From positions 3,008,001-3,072,000 of the forward strand of contig CP051526.1 in NCBI GenBank assembly GCA_050916045.1: a DNA stretch of 64,000 nucleotides, written 5' to 3'. The DNA comes from Tepidisphaera sp. Its GTDB lineage: Bacteria > Planctomycetota > Phycisphaerae > Phycisphaerales > UBA1924. Shown here piece after piece: positions 10,570 to 19,971 of the stretch. The position numbers were made by a program, and so were the translations under genes. Under the pieces are notes generated by a model. It had not been told where the DNA came from, did not search any database, and saw only the letters and a program-made list of their open reading frames with translations. The first letter of the stretch is position 1, and the number at the start of each line of letters is the position of its first letter.

Positions 10570-11799
10570 ATGGACCCACGGATGAATCCAGCCGACGACG
10601 CCGCTTTGGAAGCTCTGGACGAGACGGCGGAAGCGTCGCCTCTCGACGCTGATTCTTCAGCGGAAACCGCGCCGGCGAAGCCACCCTTCGCGTGGGGCAA
10701 GTTCTTCGGGTATCTCGGCAGCGTCGTCGTTGTCGCCATGCTCGGCGGCATCGGTGCCGCGATCTACTGGGGCTGGACGCCGCTTGAGCGGCGCACCCGC
10801 GAGGTGGTCGATACCAAGATCACGCGGATCGAGATCGAGTGGCCCAGGATCGGCGCTCAGCCTGCGGCGACCAAGCCCGCCACCGGCAACGCTTCGGTCC
10901 CGCTGCCGGGCTCCTCGCACGACATCGTCGCCGCCGAACAGCCCAAGAAGAACGACCCCAAATCCAAGAACACCAAGAAGTCCTCCGGCAAGACCACCGC
11001 GAAAGCCGAGGTCAAGCCTGAGCAGAACCTGCCTTGGTCCACGCCAACCTCCGCAACGACCTGGCTTCCCGAACAGTTCCAGGAGGAACTGCTCGAGAAG
11101 GCCCGTTGGGCTCTGGGCACCAATCCCGACCCGATGAGCCGAGAGCCCCTGCTTTCCGTCGCCGACTCGATGGAGCGCTCCGGCTGGTTCGTCGGTCGTC
11201 CGCTGGTCGAGCGGCAAGCCGGCGGCGTGCTCGTCGTTCGCGGCACCTGGCGTGTCCCTGCGGCGGTCGTCCGCCAGGGACCCAAGGACTTCCTGCTCTC
11301 GTGGGAAGCGACGCCGATGCCGGTCGACTACAAGACCGATCAGTCCAAGCTTCCCGCGATCGTCGGCGTGATCGCTCCCCCTCCGGTGGACGCCAACGGA
11401 CGCGATTACTCGGCTATCTGGCCGGGCGAAGAGGTTGACGCCGCGATGGAGCTGCTCCGCGTGCTTGCGCTCGAGCCCTGGTACGCGCAGGTCGCGGGGG
11501 TGGATGTCTCGAAGTACCGCGAGAACAAGCGTCTCACGATCCTGACGCGCGGCGTGAACGGGGATGGTTCCTTTGGACGCATCATCTGGGGCGGCCGCGC
11601 CAGCCGCCCGCTCGTCGGCGAAGCGTCGACCAAAGCCAAGATTTCCCGTATCGCGGGGATCAACCGTTCCTTCGGCCGCATCGACGCGGGCCTGGACGGC
11701 GCCGCGAAGGAGCTTGAGATCTTCTGGGGCCAGGGCCCGCTGGTGCTGAATGTCGCCGCGACCAACACCGGCGCGCTGGTCGAGGTCCCGACGCCGTGA
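10570..11799 (+). CDS. Divergent FtsQ/DivIB-like bitopic membrane protein
   Basis: Follows ddl; single N-terminal TM; segment LLSVADSMERSGWFVGRPLVERQAGGVLVVRGTWRVPAAVV resembles the POTRA-to-beta domain junction of FtsQ. Confidence 0.6.
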   Translation: MDPRMNPADDAALEALDETAEASPLDADSSAETAPAKPPFAWGKFFGYLGSVVVVAMLGGIGAAIYWGWTPLERRTREVVDTKITRIEIEWPRIGAQPAATKPATGNASVPLPGSSHDIVAAEQPKKNDPKSKNTKKSSGKTTAKAEVKPEQNLPWSTPTSATTWLPEQFQEELLEKARWALGTNPDPMSREPLLSVADSMERSGWFVGRPLVERQAGGVLVVRGTWRVPAAVVRQGPKDFLLSWEATPMPVDYKTDQSKLPAIVGVIAPPPVDANGRDYSAIWPGEEVDAAMELLRVLALEPWYAQVAGVDVSKYRENKRLTILTRGVNGDGSFGRIIWGGRASRPLVGEASTKAKISRIAGINRSFGRIDAGLDGAAKELEIFWGQGPLVLNVAATNTGALVEVPTP

Positions 11800-12692
11800 A
11801 CAGCGCCGCGAATTCCGGCGAGTTCGCGACCCCCGGCTCTTCGCGGCCTGGCGAGCGTTCAAGCGTGGAATCCGCGATCGACGAAGCGAGTCTGCACGAT
11901 TCGACCGAGATGGGCCATGCGCCCCCGCCGGATGCCCCGCTTCCGGAGCTGACCCCGCCGACGCGGGTGGACAAGTGGGCCCATCGCCGGGTGGAGCCGC
12001 GCGGCCTCGCGCTGGTCTGGACGCTTTACCTGCTGGGCGTGACGATGGTCTGCTTCTGGACGCCGGCGCTGTCGACGGGGCTTGACGCTTTGTCGGGGCG
12101 GTACTCGGCGCGGCTGGTGCTGGTGGCGGTGGGTTTCGGGATGGCGGTTCTGTGGCCGATGCTGCGGCTTTGCCAGACGTTTCCGAACGAGGGCGGCCTG
12201 CGGGGCGTGGGCAAGGACCTGGTGGTGATGATCATCCCGACGCAAGCGGTGATCTGGCCGCTGGCGTTTCTCGCGCTCTGGCCGCTTTCGGTCGCGGCGT
12301 GCGTTGCTGCGTCCTCGCTCGGCTGGACGCTTGTCGTCGGAGCGTTGCTTGCGATGGCGCTGGGTGGCGCGGGCCGCGAGCGTCAGCGCTCGTCGTTCAG
12401 GCGCATCGCGTGGATGGTGGTGATCCTGGCGGTCGCGGCGCGTCCTTCGGGCATGTACGTCCCCCCCATCGCGGTGGGCGATGTGCCGAGTTCGGACGTC
12501 GTGGACCTCTGGTCGATGCTCTCTGCGGTCTCGGCACCGCTGAGCATGACCGTCCCGCCTCAGGGCCGTGCCGAATGGCTCCTGCCGGGCCACTGGGCGG
12601 CGGTTGGCGTAACATGGGCGTTGGCGGGCGGTCTTTGGCTTGTTGCCGCCGCGCTGGTGGGCGGCGGCCCGGCCCGTCACCCGAAGGAATAG
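11796..12692 (+). CDS. Hypothetical polytopic membrane protein
   Basis: About 6 hydrophobic segments; GTGA overlap with the upstream FtsQ-like gene. Confidence 0.75.
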   Translation: MNSAANSGEFATPGSSRPGERSSVESAIDEASLHDSTEMGHAPPPDAPLPELTPPTRVDKWAHRRVEPRGLALVWTLYLLGVTMVCFWTPALSTGLDALSGRYSARLVLVAVGFGMAVLWPMLRLCQTFPNEGGLRGVGKDLVVMIIPTQAVIWPLAFLALWPLSVAACVAASSLGWTLVVGALLAMALGGAGRERQRSSFRRIAWMVVILAVAARPSGMYVPPIAVGDVPSSDVVDLWSMLSAVSAPLSMTVPPQGRAEWLLPGHWAAVGVTWALAGGLWLVAAALVGGGPARHPKE

Positions 12693-12734
12693 GCCCGTGT
12701 GCGTCATGGTTGCGGGTTCGAGCAGGAGCAGTTC

Positions 12735-13205
12735 ATGGAGTTTGTGACCAAGGCCGAGAAGGAAGCGATCGAGGCGAAGCTGGCGGCTCTGGTCGCCAAC
12801 CGCCCGGTGATCTCGGCCAGAATCGCGACCGCACGCGAGCTCGGCGACCTCAAGGAAAACGGCGACTATCACGCCGCCCGCGAGCAGCAGGGCATGGAGG
12901 AAGCCGATATCCGCCGGCACCAGGAACGCCTCCAGAACCTCTCCGTCATCGACGAGAAGATGGCCAAAGCCGTCGAAGGCGTCGTCATGATGGGCTGCAC
13001 CGTCAAGCTCCGAGACCTCGCCCGCGGCGATGAGGACCTCTTCAAGATCGTCGGCGAAGCCAGCGAGCAGGACACCGGCGACATCACCGAGGTCACCCTC
13101 AACAGCCCCATGGGCGAAGCCCTCTTCAAAGCCAAGGTCGGCCAGGTCATCCGCGTCAACGCGCCACGCGGCCAGAAGCAGTTCGAGATCGTCGAGATCC
13201 TCTGA
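12735..13205 (+). CDS. greA: Transcription elongation factor GreA
   Basis: ARELGDLKENGDYHAAREQQ, SPMGEAL, VNAPRG; SD-like AGGAG upstream of ATG 12735. Confidence 0.95.
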   Translation: MEFVTKAEKEAIEAKLAALVANRPVISARIATARELGDLKENGDYHAAREQQGMEEADIRRHQERLQNLSVIDEKMAKAVEGVVMMGCTVKLRDLARGDEDLFKIVGEASEQDTGDITEVTLNSPMGEALFKAKVGQVIRVNAPRGQKQFEIVEIL

Positions 13206-13290
13206 ACCGCGATTTCGACCTCGCCCGAGATCACGCCGCCGATCTCTCGCTCAGGCCGGAGCCGCGCACGGATGTGCTAAACTGCTCCGC

Positions 13291-14292
13291 ATGACGAGCA
13301 AGCCCGTGGAACAAGAGTCCCGTCCGCCCCGCATCTGCGTCGTGGGGTCGGTCAACATGGACCTGGTCGTCCGCGCCCCGCGCATCCCCACGCCCGGCGA
13401 GACCGTGATGGGCCGGTCGTTCGAGACCTTCGCCGGCGGCAAAGGCGCGAACCAAGCCGTCGCGGCCCAGCGGCTTGGCGGAAGCGTCGCTCTTCTGGGG
13501 TGCATCGGCAACGAGTCGCACGGGCAGCAGCTCGCTCAGCTTCTTCACAAAGAGGGGGTCGACCTCTCGCGGATGCTCCAGCGGCGGGACAAGACGCCGA
13601 CCGGCGTGGCTTTGATCATCGTGGACGATTCCGGCGAGAACACGATCGTGGTCGCTCCGGGAGCCAACGCGACACTCACCGCCCGCGACATCGAGGATTC
13701 CCGCGATGTGATCGAGTCATGCGATGTGCTGCTGATGCAGCTTGAGGTGCCGATCGAAGCCGTCGCGGCGGCGGCGAAGATCGCGCAGGGCGCGGGCAAA
13801 GCCGTCATCCTCAACGCTTCCCCGGCGCTTCCCCAGGCCCGCGAGGTCCTGCGGATGTGCGACCTGCTGATCGTCAACCGCACCGAAGCGGCGACCCTCG
13901 GCGGCCTCGAGCAGTACACCGAGCCGGGACGCTTGGCTCTCAGGCTCGGCGAAATCGGCCCCCCCACCATCGTGCTGACCTTGGGCGCTCAGGGCGCGAT
14001 CGTCGCCCACCGCGGCCGGCCCAAGCGCGTTCCGACGCTGAGCGTGAAAGCCGTCGACGCCGTCGGCGCGGGCGACGCGTTCACCGGTGCGATGGCGGTC
14101 GCATACGCGGCGGTGCACCACGCTTCCAAGACCCGCGGGCCCGAGGAATTCAGGCTTCTCGAGAAAGCCCTCGCGATGGCTTCGGCGGCCGGAGCCCTCG
14201 CGGCCGAGCGGGCGGGGGCGATCCCGTCGCTTCCTCGGCTTGAAGATGTGCTCCCGCGCGTGGCGGAGCTTGAGCGACAGATGCGGTTCTGA
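13291..14292 (+). CDS. rbsK: Ribokinase (PfkB family)
   Basis: VVGSVNMDLV, GGKGANQAVAA, GENTIVVAPGAN, QLEVP, VNRTEA, VDAVGAGDAF. Confidence 0.93.
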   Translation: MTSKPVEQESRPPRICVVGSVNMDLVVRAPRIPTPGETVMGRSFETFAGGKGANQAVAAQRLGGSVALLGCIGNESHGQQLAQLLHKEGVDLSRMLQRRDKTPTGVALIIVDDSGENTIVVAPGANATLTARDIEDSRDVIESCDVLLMQLEVPIEAVAAAAKIAQGAGKAVILNASPALPQAREVLRMCDLLIVNRTEAATLGGLEQYTEPGRLALRLGEIGPPTIVLTLGAQGAIVAHRGRPKRVPTLSVKAVDAVGAGDAFTGAMAVAYAAVHHASKTRGPEEFRLLEKALAMASAAGALAAERAGAIPSLPRLEDVLPRVAELERQMRF

Positions 14293-15117
14293 CTATTCGT
14301 TCAGGCCTTGCGTGCTCGCGGTCGCCCCACCCATGAACGCCCGCCTCGCGATGACGAAAAGCACCAGCACCGGGGCGACGGCGATCAGCGTTGCCGCCAT
14401 CGTCACGTTCCACTCCGCTCCGCCGTGCTGGCTTTGGTACATGTGCAAGCCGAGCGACACGGGGTACGTGTCCTGGTGGTTGAGGAAAAGCAGCGGGCCG
14501 AGAAAGTCGTTCCAGCTCGCGACGACCTGAAGCACCGCCACCACGCCCAGCACGGGCAGGGACGAGGGGAGGACGACCCGCCAGAAGACGCCGAACTCGG
14601 AACAGCCGTCGATGCGAGCCGCTTCGTCAAGCTCGCGCGGGATCGTCAGAAAGAACTGCCGCAGGAGGTAAATGCTGAACGCGCCGCCGAACCACGCGGG
14701 GACGATCAGCGGCAGAAACGTCCCGATCCAGCCGAAGGAGCGGAAGACGAGATACAGCGGCGCCATGATCACCGGGAACGGCACCATCAACGTCGCGAGC
14801 ACGACGACGAAGCACGCGTCCCGGTACTTCCAGCGAAGGCGGGCAAACCCGAACGCGACCACCGCCGACGCCAGCACCATCCCGATCGTCGAGAAGACCG
14901 CGATCACGACCGAGTTGTGCAGGTAAAGCGGAAAGTCCGCGACCGGGCTCGACCACGCTTCGGCAAACGCGGAGCCCGCCGCGCGAACGCCCGGTTCCCC
15001 GGGCTTGGAAGCGACGGGCTCCAAGGCTTTGACGATCATCGCGGCGAGCGGCAACCCAAACCCGGCAAGGGCCACGAGCAGCAAGGCGCCGATAGCGAGC
15101 GTGCGGAGGTGCTTCAT
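14293..15117 (-). CDS. Carbohydrate ABC transporter permease (MalG-like)
   Basis: EAA loop FFLTIPRELDEAARIDGCSEF, SWNDFLGPL. Confidence 0.93.
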   Translation of the reverse strand: MKHLRTLAIGALLLVALAGFGLPLAAMIVKALEPVASKPGEPGVRAAGSAFAEAWSSPVADFPLYLHNSVVIAVFSTIGMVLASAVVAFGFARLRWKYRDACFVVVLATLMVPFPVIMAPLYLVFRSFGWIGTFLPLIVPAWFGGAFSIYLLRQFFLTIPRELDEAARIDGCSEFGVFWRVVLPSSLPVLGVVAVLQVVASWNDFLGPLLFLNHQDTYPVSLGLHMYQSQHGGAEWNVTMAATLIAVAPVLVLFVIARRAFMGGATASTQGLNE

Positions 15118-16043
15118 GCGCCCCTCGCATAGACCGCGCCGCGGGAGAGCCTTAGCACAATCGCTACCAGCGCGAGCGTCACCAGAAACTGGACCCACGC
15201 AAGGGCGCACGCGTACCCCATTCGCGAGAAGACAAACGCGTTGTTGTAGACGTGCATCGCGTAGGTCAGCGTCGCGTCGCCCGGGCCGCCCCGGGTCATG
15301 ACCAGCGGCACCGCGAACGCCTGGAGCGACCAGATCATCGACATGACGACGTTGAGCACGATCGCGGGCGAAATCATCGGGAGCGTGACGTTCACGAACC
15401 GGCCCCACGAGCCGCAGCCGTCGATCGTCGCGGCTTCGTAGAGCGCGGCGGGCACATTCCGAATCGCCGCGCCGTAGATCACGACGTACGTCCCCACGCC
15501 CCAGAGCGAGACCAGCACGATCGACACCATCGCCCACGCCGTGCTTCCAAGCCAGTCGATCGGGCTTAGCCCGAACACCGAAAGCACGGGCGTCAGCATC
15601 GCGTTGACCGGGCCCTTCTGTGTGTTCAAGGTCCAAAGCCACGCAAGAGCGGCGGCCACCACCGGCACCAGCGTCGGCGCGAAGGCGACGACCCGCGTCA
15701 GGCCCGCGAGCGGCGCCAGGCCACGCGTCCGCGCGGCCCGCTCGATCAACACCGCCGTCAGCACCGAGACGACGGTCGACAACGCCACCGTCATCGCGGC
15801 GTAGATCGCCGTGTTCCCCGCCGCTCGCCACAGCACCCGATCGGTCCACATCTCTCGGAAGTTGTCCAAGCCGATGAAGACGGGCTTCTCCAGCACCGAG
15901 TAGTCCGTCATCGCGTAGACCAGCGACAAGCAGACCGGAATGAGCATGAAGACCGTGAAACCGACGAAGAACGGCGCGACCCAGAGAAAGGGCCACGATC
16001 GGCGCGACCGTCGTGGACTCGATGTTGGGGACCTCTCACTCAC
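15114..16043 (-). CDS. Carbohydrate ABC transporter permease (MalF/UgpA-like)
   Basis: FIGLDNF, LYEAATIDG, VTLPMISP, MTRGGPGDAT, MGYACA. Confidence 0.93.
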   Translation of the reverse strand: MSERSPTSSPRRSRRSWPFLWVAPFFVGFTVFMLIPVCLSLVYAMTDYSVLEKPVFIGLDNFREMWTDRVLWRAAGNTAIYAAMTVALSTVVSVLTAVLIERAARTRGLAPLAGLTRVVAFAPTLVPVVAAALAWLWTLNTQKGPVNAMLTPVLSVFGLSPIDWLGSTAWAMVSIVLVSLWGVGTYVVIYGAAIRNVPAALYEAATIDGCGSWGRFVNVTLPMISPAIVLNVVMSMIWSLQAFAVPLVMTRGGPGDATLTYAMHVYNNAFVFSRMGYACALAWVQFLVTLALVAIVLRLSRGAVYARGA

Positions 16044-16074
16044 GCGCACATCCTACAAGCCGTCGACACCGTGC

Positions 16075-17418
16075 TCATCCGACTCCGCGCGACTTCCGCA
16101 TCGCCGCCATGATGAAATAGAACACCACCGCCGCCAGCAGCCAGCCGACGCTGATCATCGCCGGGTTCCGCATGCGTTCGGCGGCGAGGGCCCCGGTCAC
16201 AAGCCCGACCTCACCGAGAATGAAGAGGCCCGCGGCGATCCGCGAACCCGGGAGCGGCGGCTCCTCCGCTTTGAGAAGGTAGATCGAGGCCGCCGTCAGA
16301 AGAAAGAAGAGCCCGTCCATCACGACGACACCGGCGGTCACCTGATCCACACGCTTCTGTCCGAGCACCAGCAGGACCACCGCCGCGAGCCCGCCGAGCG
16401 CCGCGATCGCCGCGACCGGCGTCGCCGTCCTCGGATTCACCCGCGCGAAGACCTTCCAGAACAGACCATCGGCCGCGAGGGCTTGGATGAGCCGCGGGCC
16501 AGTGAGGAGCGCGGCGTTCAGCACGCCGAACGCCGAAACCGAGACTGCTCCCGCGATCGCTTGCTTGCCCCAGGCGGGAAAGACCGACCCCACCGCGTCC
16601 GCGGCGATGGACTTGCTCGACATGACGACCCCGATGCCAAGGAGCTTCAGGTACGCCCAGTTCACAAGCAGGTACACCGCGATCACGACCGCCGTCCCGG
16701 CGAGAATCGCGATCGGGAGCGTGCGCCTGGGGTTCTTCACCTCGCCGGAGATCCACAATCCCTGCTGCCACCCGCCGTACGCGAAGAACGCCGGCACCAG
16801 ACAGGCCATGAGAATCAACGGCACACTCTTGTCCGCCGCGAGCATCGGAGGAGGAGGAGGAGGCGGCGACGGCGTCGCGAACGCGGCCAGCGCGGCGACC
16901 GCGAGCAGCGCGATCACTTTCGCCGCGACCGTGAAGTTCTGCACCGCCGAGCCGAACTTCACGCCGATGATGTTGATCGCCGAGATCGCGAGAATCACCC
17001 CAGCGCCCATCAGATTCAGCGTCAGCTCCGGAAGGTCGTCGCGGCCCAGCGCCGTCGCCAGATTGTTCACGCAGATGACTGAGATCACGACGATCGCGCC
17101 CACTTGCACGAACGACGCGTTGCAGAACACAAAGACAAAGCCCGCCAGCGGCCCGAGCGGGCCGTACGAATCGCGCAGCACCTGGTACTGCGCCCCGACC
17201 CCGTACCGTCGCCGGCCAAGCTCCGCGAACGCGAGCGCCCCGCACATCGCGATCAGCCCCGCCAACGCCCACCCCGCCAGCGCCAGACCGGGCGTGCCCG
17301 CGATCTTGGCGACCTGGCCCGGGGACATGAAAATCCCCACGCCGATCACCGCTCCGATCACCACGCACGCGGTGTCGATAAGCCCAAGCGTCCGGGCGGG
17401 CTGAACCTGTTCACTCAT
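16075..17418 (-). CDS. APC family amino acid permease
   Basis: IGAVIGVGIF, GALAFAELG, FAYGGW, GEVKNPRRTLP; about 12 TM segments. Confidence 0.92.
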   Translation of the reverse strand: MSEQVQPARTLGLIDTACVVIGAVIGVGIFMSPGQVAKIAGTPGLALAGWALAGLIAMCGALAFAELGRRRYGVGAQYQVLRDSYGPLGPLAGFVFVFCNASFVQVGAIVVISVICVNNLATALGRDDLPELTLNLMGAGVILAISAINIIGVKFGSAVQNFTVAAKVIALLAVAALAAFATPSPPPPPPPMLAADKSVPLILMACLVPAFFAYGGWQQGLWISGEVKNPRRTLPIAILAGTAVVIAVYLLVNWAYLKLLGIGVVMSSKSIAADAVGSVFPAWGKQAIAGAVSVSAFGVLNAALLTGPRLIQALAADGLFWKVFARVNPRTATPVAAIAALGGLAAVVLLVLGQKRVDQVTAGVVVMDGLFFLLTAASIYLLKAEEPPLPGSRIAAGLFILGEVGLVTGALAAERMRNPAMISVGWLLAAVVFYFIMAAMRKSRGVG

Positions 17419-17470
17419 GGGCCGCAGCATACCGCACACGCGTTCCGCCCGTCTCGGATACGCTGCGGTC

Positions 17471-18865
17471 GTGACGCCCCTGGACGACATCCCGCGCCGC
17501 GGCTTTCTCGCGGGCTCGGCCCGAGCCGCCGCGGCCCTCTCCGGTGCGGGTCTTGTCGCCGCGTCGCTCTGGCCCCGAACGCCGCGATCCCGCAGGTCCA
17601 TCCCGCAAGGCCGCACCGTCATCACCTACTGGGAGAAATGGACCGGCGTCGAGGGGCTCGCTGTCCAAGCCGTCGTCGACAGGTTCAACGCCGAGCAGGA
17701 CCGTATCTTCGTCGAACGCCTCGCCGTCAGCGACGAGAACAGCAAAGCCATGATCGCCGTCGCGGGCGGCGACCCGCCGGACGTCATGGGCCTCTTCAGC
17801 TACAGCGTGCCGCAGTACGCGCAGGCCGGTGCCGCGATCCCTTTCGACGAGCTTGACCTGGACCCGGGCCCGAACCACTACCTCCCCGCCGTTCGCCGCA
17901 CGCTCGAGTTCCAGACCGCGGGCCGGACGCGGCTCTACGCGGGCGCGAACACGTGCTACACGCTCGCGCTCTACTGCAACACCGAGCATCTGAAGGAAGC
18001 GGGCCTTTCACCGCCGACGACGCTTGAGGAACTGCTCTCGCACTCGGTCGCGCTCACCAGACGCGACGCATCGGGCCGCATCACGCGGGCGGGCTTTTTG
18101 CCGACGCTCCCGTGGTGGTGGTACTACCTGTGGCCGGCGGGTTTCGGGTCGCGCGATGCGGACCCGCTTTACGACGCGGCGGCCAACCGCTGCGCGATCG
18201 CCGACCCGCACGCGGTCGCGGCGTACGAGTGGCTTGCCGAGTTCCCCAAGCGGCTGGGCCTGGGCGACGTGCAGGCGTTCGCTTCGGAGTTCGGCCGGTC
18301 GTTCCACGGCACGGAGGATCCGTTCCTGACCGGCCGCGTGTCGATGGCGGTGCAGGGGCCGTGGCTCGCCAATTTCGCCCGCACGTTCGCACCGAACCTG
18401 CCGTACACAGTGGTGCCGCTCCCGGCTTCGTCGGCGCGAGGCGGCGCGGTCCGGCTGGTCGAGTGCGATGTGCTCATGATCCCGCGCGGGTGCAAGCACC
18501 CCGAGCACGCGGCTGAATTCGTGCGGTTCACCCAGCGACCGGACGTGCAGGAGATGCTCTGCGCCGCCCACGCCAAACCCTCGCCCCTCGCCTCGCCCTC
18601 CGCGGCCTTTCTCGCGTCGCACCCCAACCCCGGCATCCGTGTCTTCGCCGATGTCGCGAGCGACGAGCACGCCGTCATCCTGCCCCGCACCCGAGTGTGG
18701 AAGCAGTACGCGCTGCTCCTCTACCCGGCGTTTCAGCGGATCTGGGAGGGTGCGCCGGTGGCGGCGGAACTGCGGGCGGTCGCGGAGCGAACCCAGACGC
18801 TCCTCGACAAGGACGCTGGGATGCGGCGCAAGCGGAATGAAGCGGGAAGTCTTTCCCGCCTTTAG
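17471..18865 (+). CDS. Sugar ABC transporter extracellular solute-binding protein with Tat signal
   Basis: RRGFL twin-arginine signal, ITYWEKWTG, AGGDPPDV, LYCNTEHLKEAG, PPTTLEEL, FLTGRVSMAVQGPW. Confidence 0.9.
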   Translation: MTPLDDIPRRGFLAGSARAAAALSGAGLVAASLWPRTPRSRRSIPQGRTVITYWEKWTGVEGLAVQAVVDRFNAEQDRIFVERLAVSDENSKAMIAVAGGDPPDVMGLFSYSVPQYAQAGAAIPFDELDLDPGPNHYLPAVRRTLEFQTAGRTRLYAGANTCYTLALYCNTEHLKEAGLSPPTTLEELLSHSVALTRRDASGRITRAGFLPTLPWWWYYLWPAGFGSRDADPLYDAAANRCAIADPHAVAAYEWLAEFPKRLGLGDVQAFASEFGRSFHGTEDPFLTGRVSMAVQGPWLANFARTFAPNLPYTVVPLPASSARGGAVRLVECDVLMIPRGCKHPEHAAEFVRFTQRPDVQEMLCAAHAKPSPLASPSAAFLASHPNPGIRVFADVASDEHAVILPRTRVWKQYALLLYPAFQRIWEGAPVAAELRAVAERTQTLLDKDAGMRRKRNEAGSLSRL

Positions 18866-18906
18866 GTTTCTTTTTGTAGGTTTTTTTGTGGGTTCTTTGA
18901 GCTGAT

Positions 18907-19971
18907 TCAGCGACGAAGAATCCAAGCGTACGGCATCTTGGTCAGCACCTTTCCGTCTTTGTCGAGAATCTCGACCGTACCGACGCCCTCGGACGCGGCT
19001 GAAGAGGTATCGAGTCGAAGAACGACCTTGACCGACTCGGATGTGGTCTGCAACGAAGCAGTCAGAGCCGACCCGGAAACCTCCTCGCCATTGTGATCGA
19101 GGAGACGCGTCTTCGCCGCTGCGGGGGGAAGACCGGCACGATCAGTGATCGAGACCGTCCGTTCGAGAACTCCGGCACCGGTGTCAAATCGGAACGCAAA
19201 GCCAGCTGGCGTGGCCACCAATTTCTGAACAACACGCAAGTGGACGGTGACCCGCTCGGCGAGTCCCGCCTGCTCTGTTGCGACAGTAATCACTCCGGTG
19301 TACAAGCCGGGCTTATCTCCGAAGAACTCGAATTGATCGATCTGGATCTCTTCGCCATCACGAGTGCCTACGGGCAATTTCTCTCTTCGACGTTCCTTAC
19401 GCACGGCCTGAGAGAGATCAGACTTGGGGTTGACCGCCAGAGTGTCGAGCGCAGCGCTACGCGTGTAGATCGAACGAGATTCCCGCTCGCCTTCAACAAC
19501 GGTGACCCACAATTGCTTGGGCTCTACAACCATGGCGAGATCGGCCTGGTATCGCGCCGCGAGCGTGAACCTCTGTGACCCGACGATCGCGCCAGAATTG
19601 TCGACAAAGTCGGCTTGAAGCTCCGCTACGTGCCCTTGTACACCGCTGACAGGCGCTGCCGTCAGCTGAGCGACCGCGCTCCCCTCCGTGCCCGGCAGAA
19701 TCTCGGCAGCGGAGAGCGTGACTTTGAGACATGGGCACGTCTGTCTGACGATTCGCAATTTTGACGTGTACGTTGTCTCGTTTCGCAACTGCACTCTGCA
19801 GACTGCGGTTTCCCCAACCGCAATCTTCCCAGCATCAACAGACGTCTCGCCGACTATCTTGAGCGCGGGCTCGTCCGCGTTGAGGCTCTGCACCTCCAAT
19901 TGGGAGACCATTTCAATCCCGCGTGTGCCCAGCACAAAGCAGAGCAGCGACATCATGAAGTACTTCATCAT
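18907..19971 (-). CDS. Secreted DUF1573-like Ig-fold protein
   Basis: Signal peptide; DAGKI..G....C.V.L.N...LRIVRQTCPCLKV...EILPG pattern typical of DUF1573; further beta-rich Ig-like repeats. Confidence 0.75.
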   Translation of the reverse strand: MMKYFMMSLLCFVLGTRGIEMVSQLEVQSLNADEPALKIVGETSVDAGKIAVGETAVCRVQLRNETTYTSKLRIVRQTCPCLKVTLSAAEILPGTEGSAVAQLTAAPVSGVQGHVAELQADFVDNSGAIVGSQRFTLAARYQADLAMVVEPKQLWVTVVEGERESRSIYTRSAALDTLAVNPKSDLSQAVRKERRREKLPVGTRDGEEIQIDQFEFFGDKPGLYTGVITVATEQAGLAERVTVHLRVVQKLVATPAGFAFRFDTGAGVLERTVSITDRAGLPPAAAKTRLLDHNGEEVSGSALTASLQTTSESVKVVLRLDTSSAASEGVGTVEILDKDGKVLTKMPYAWILRR

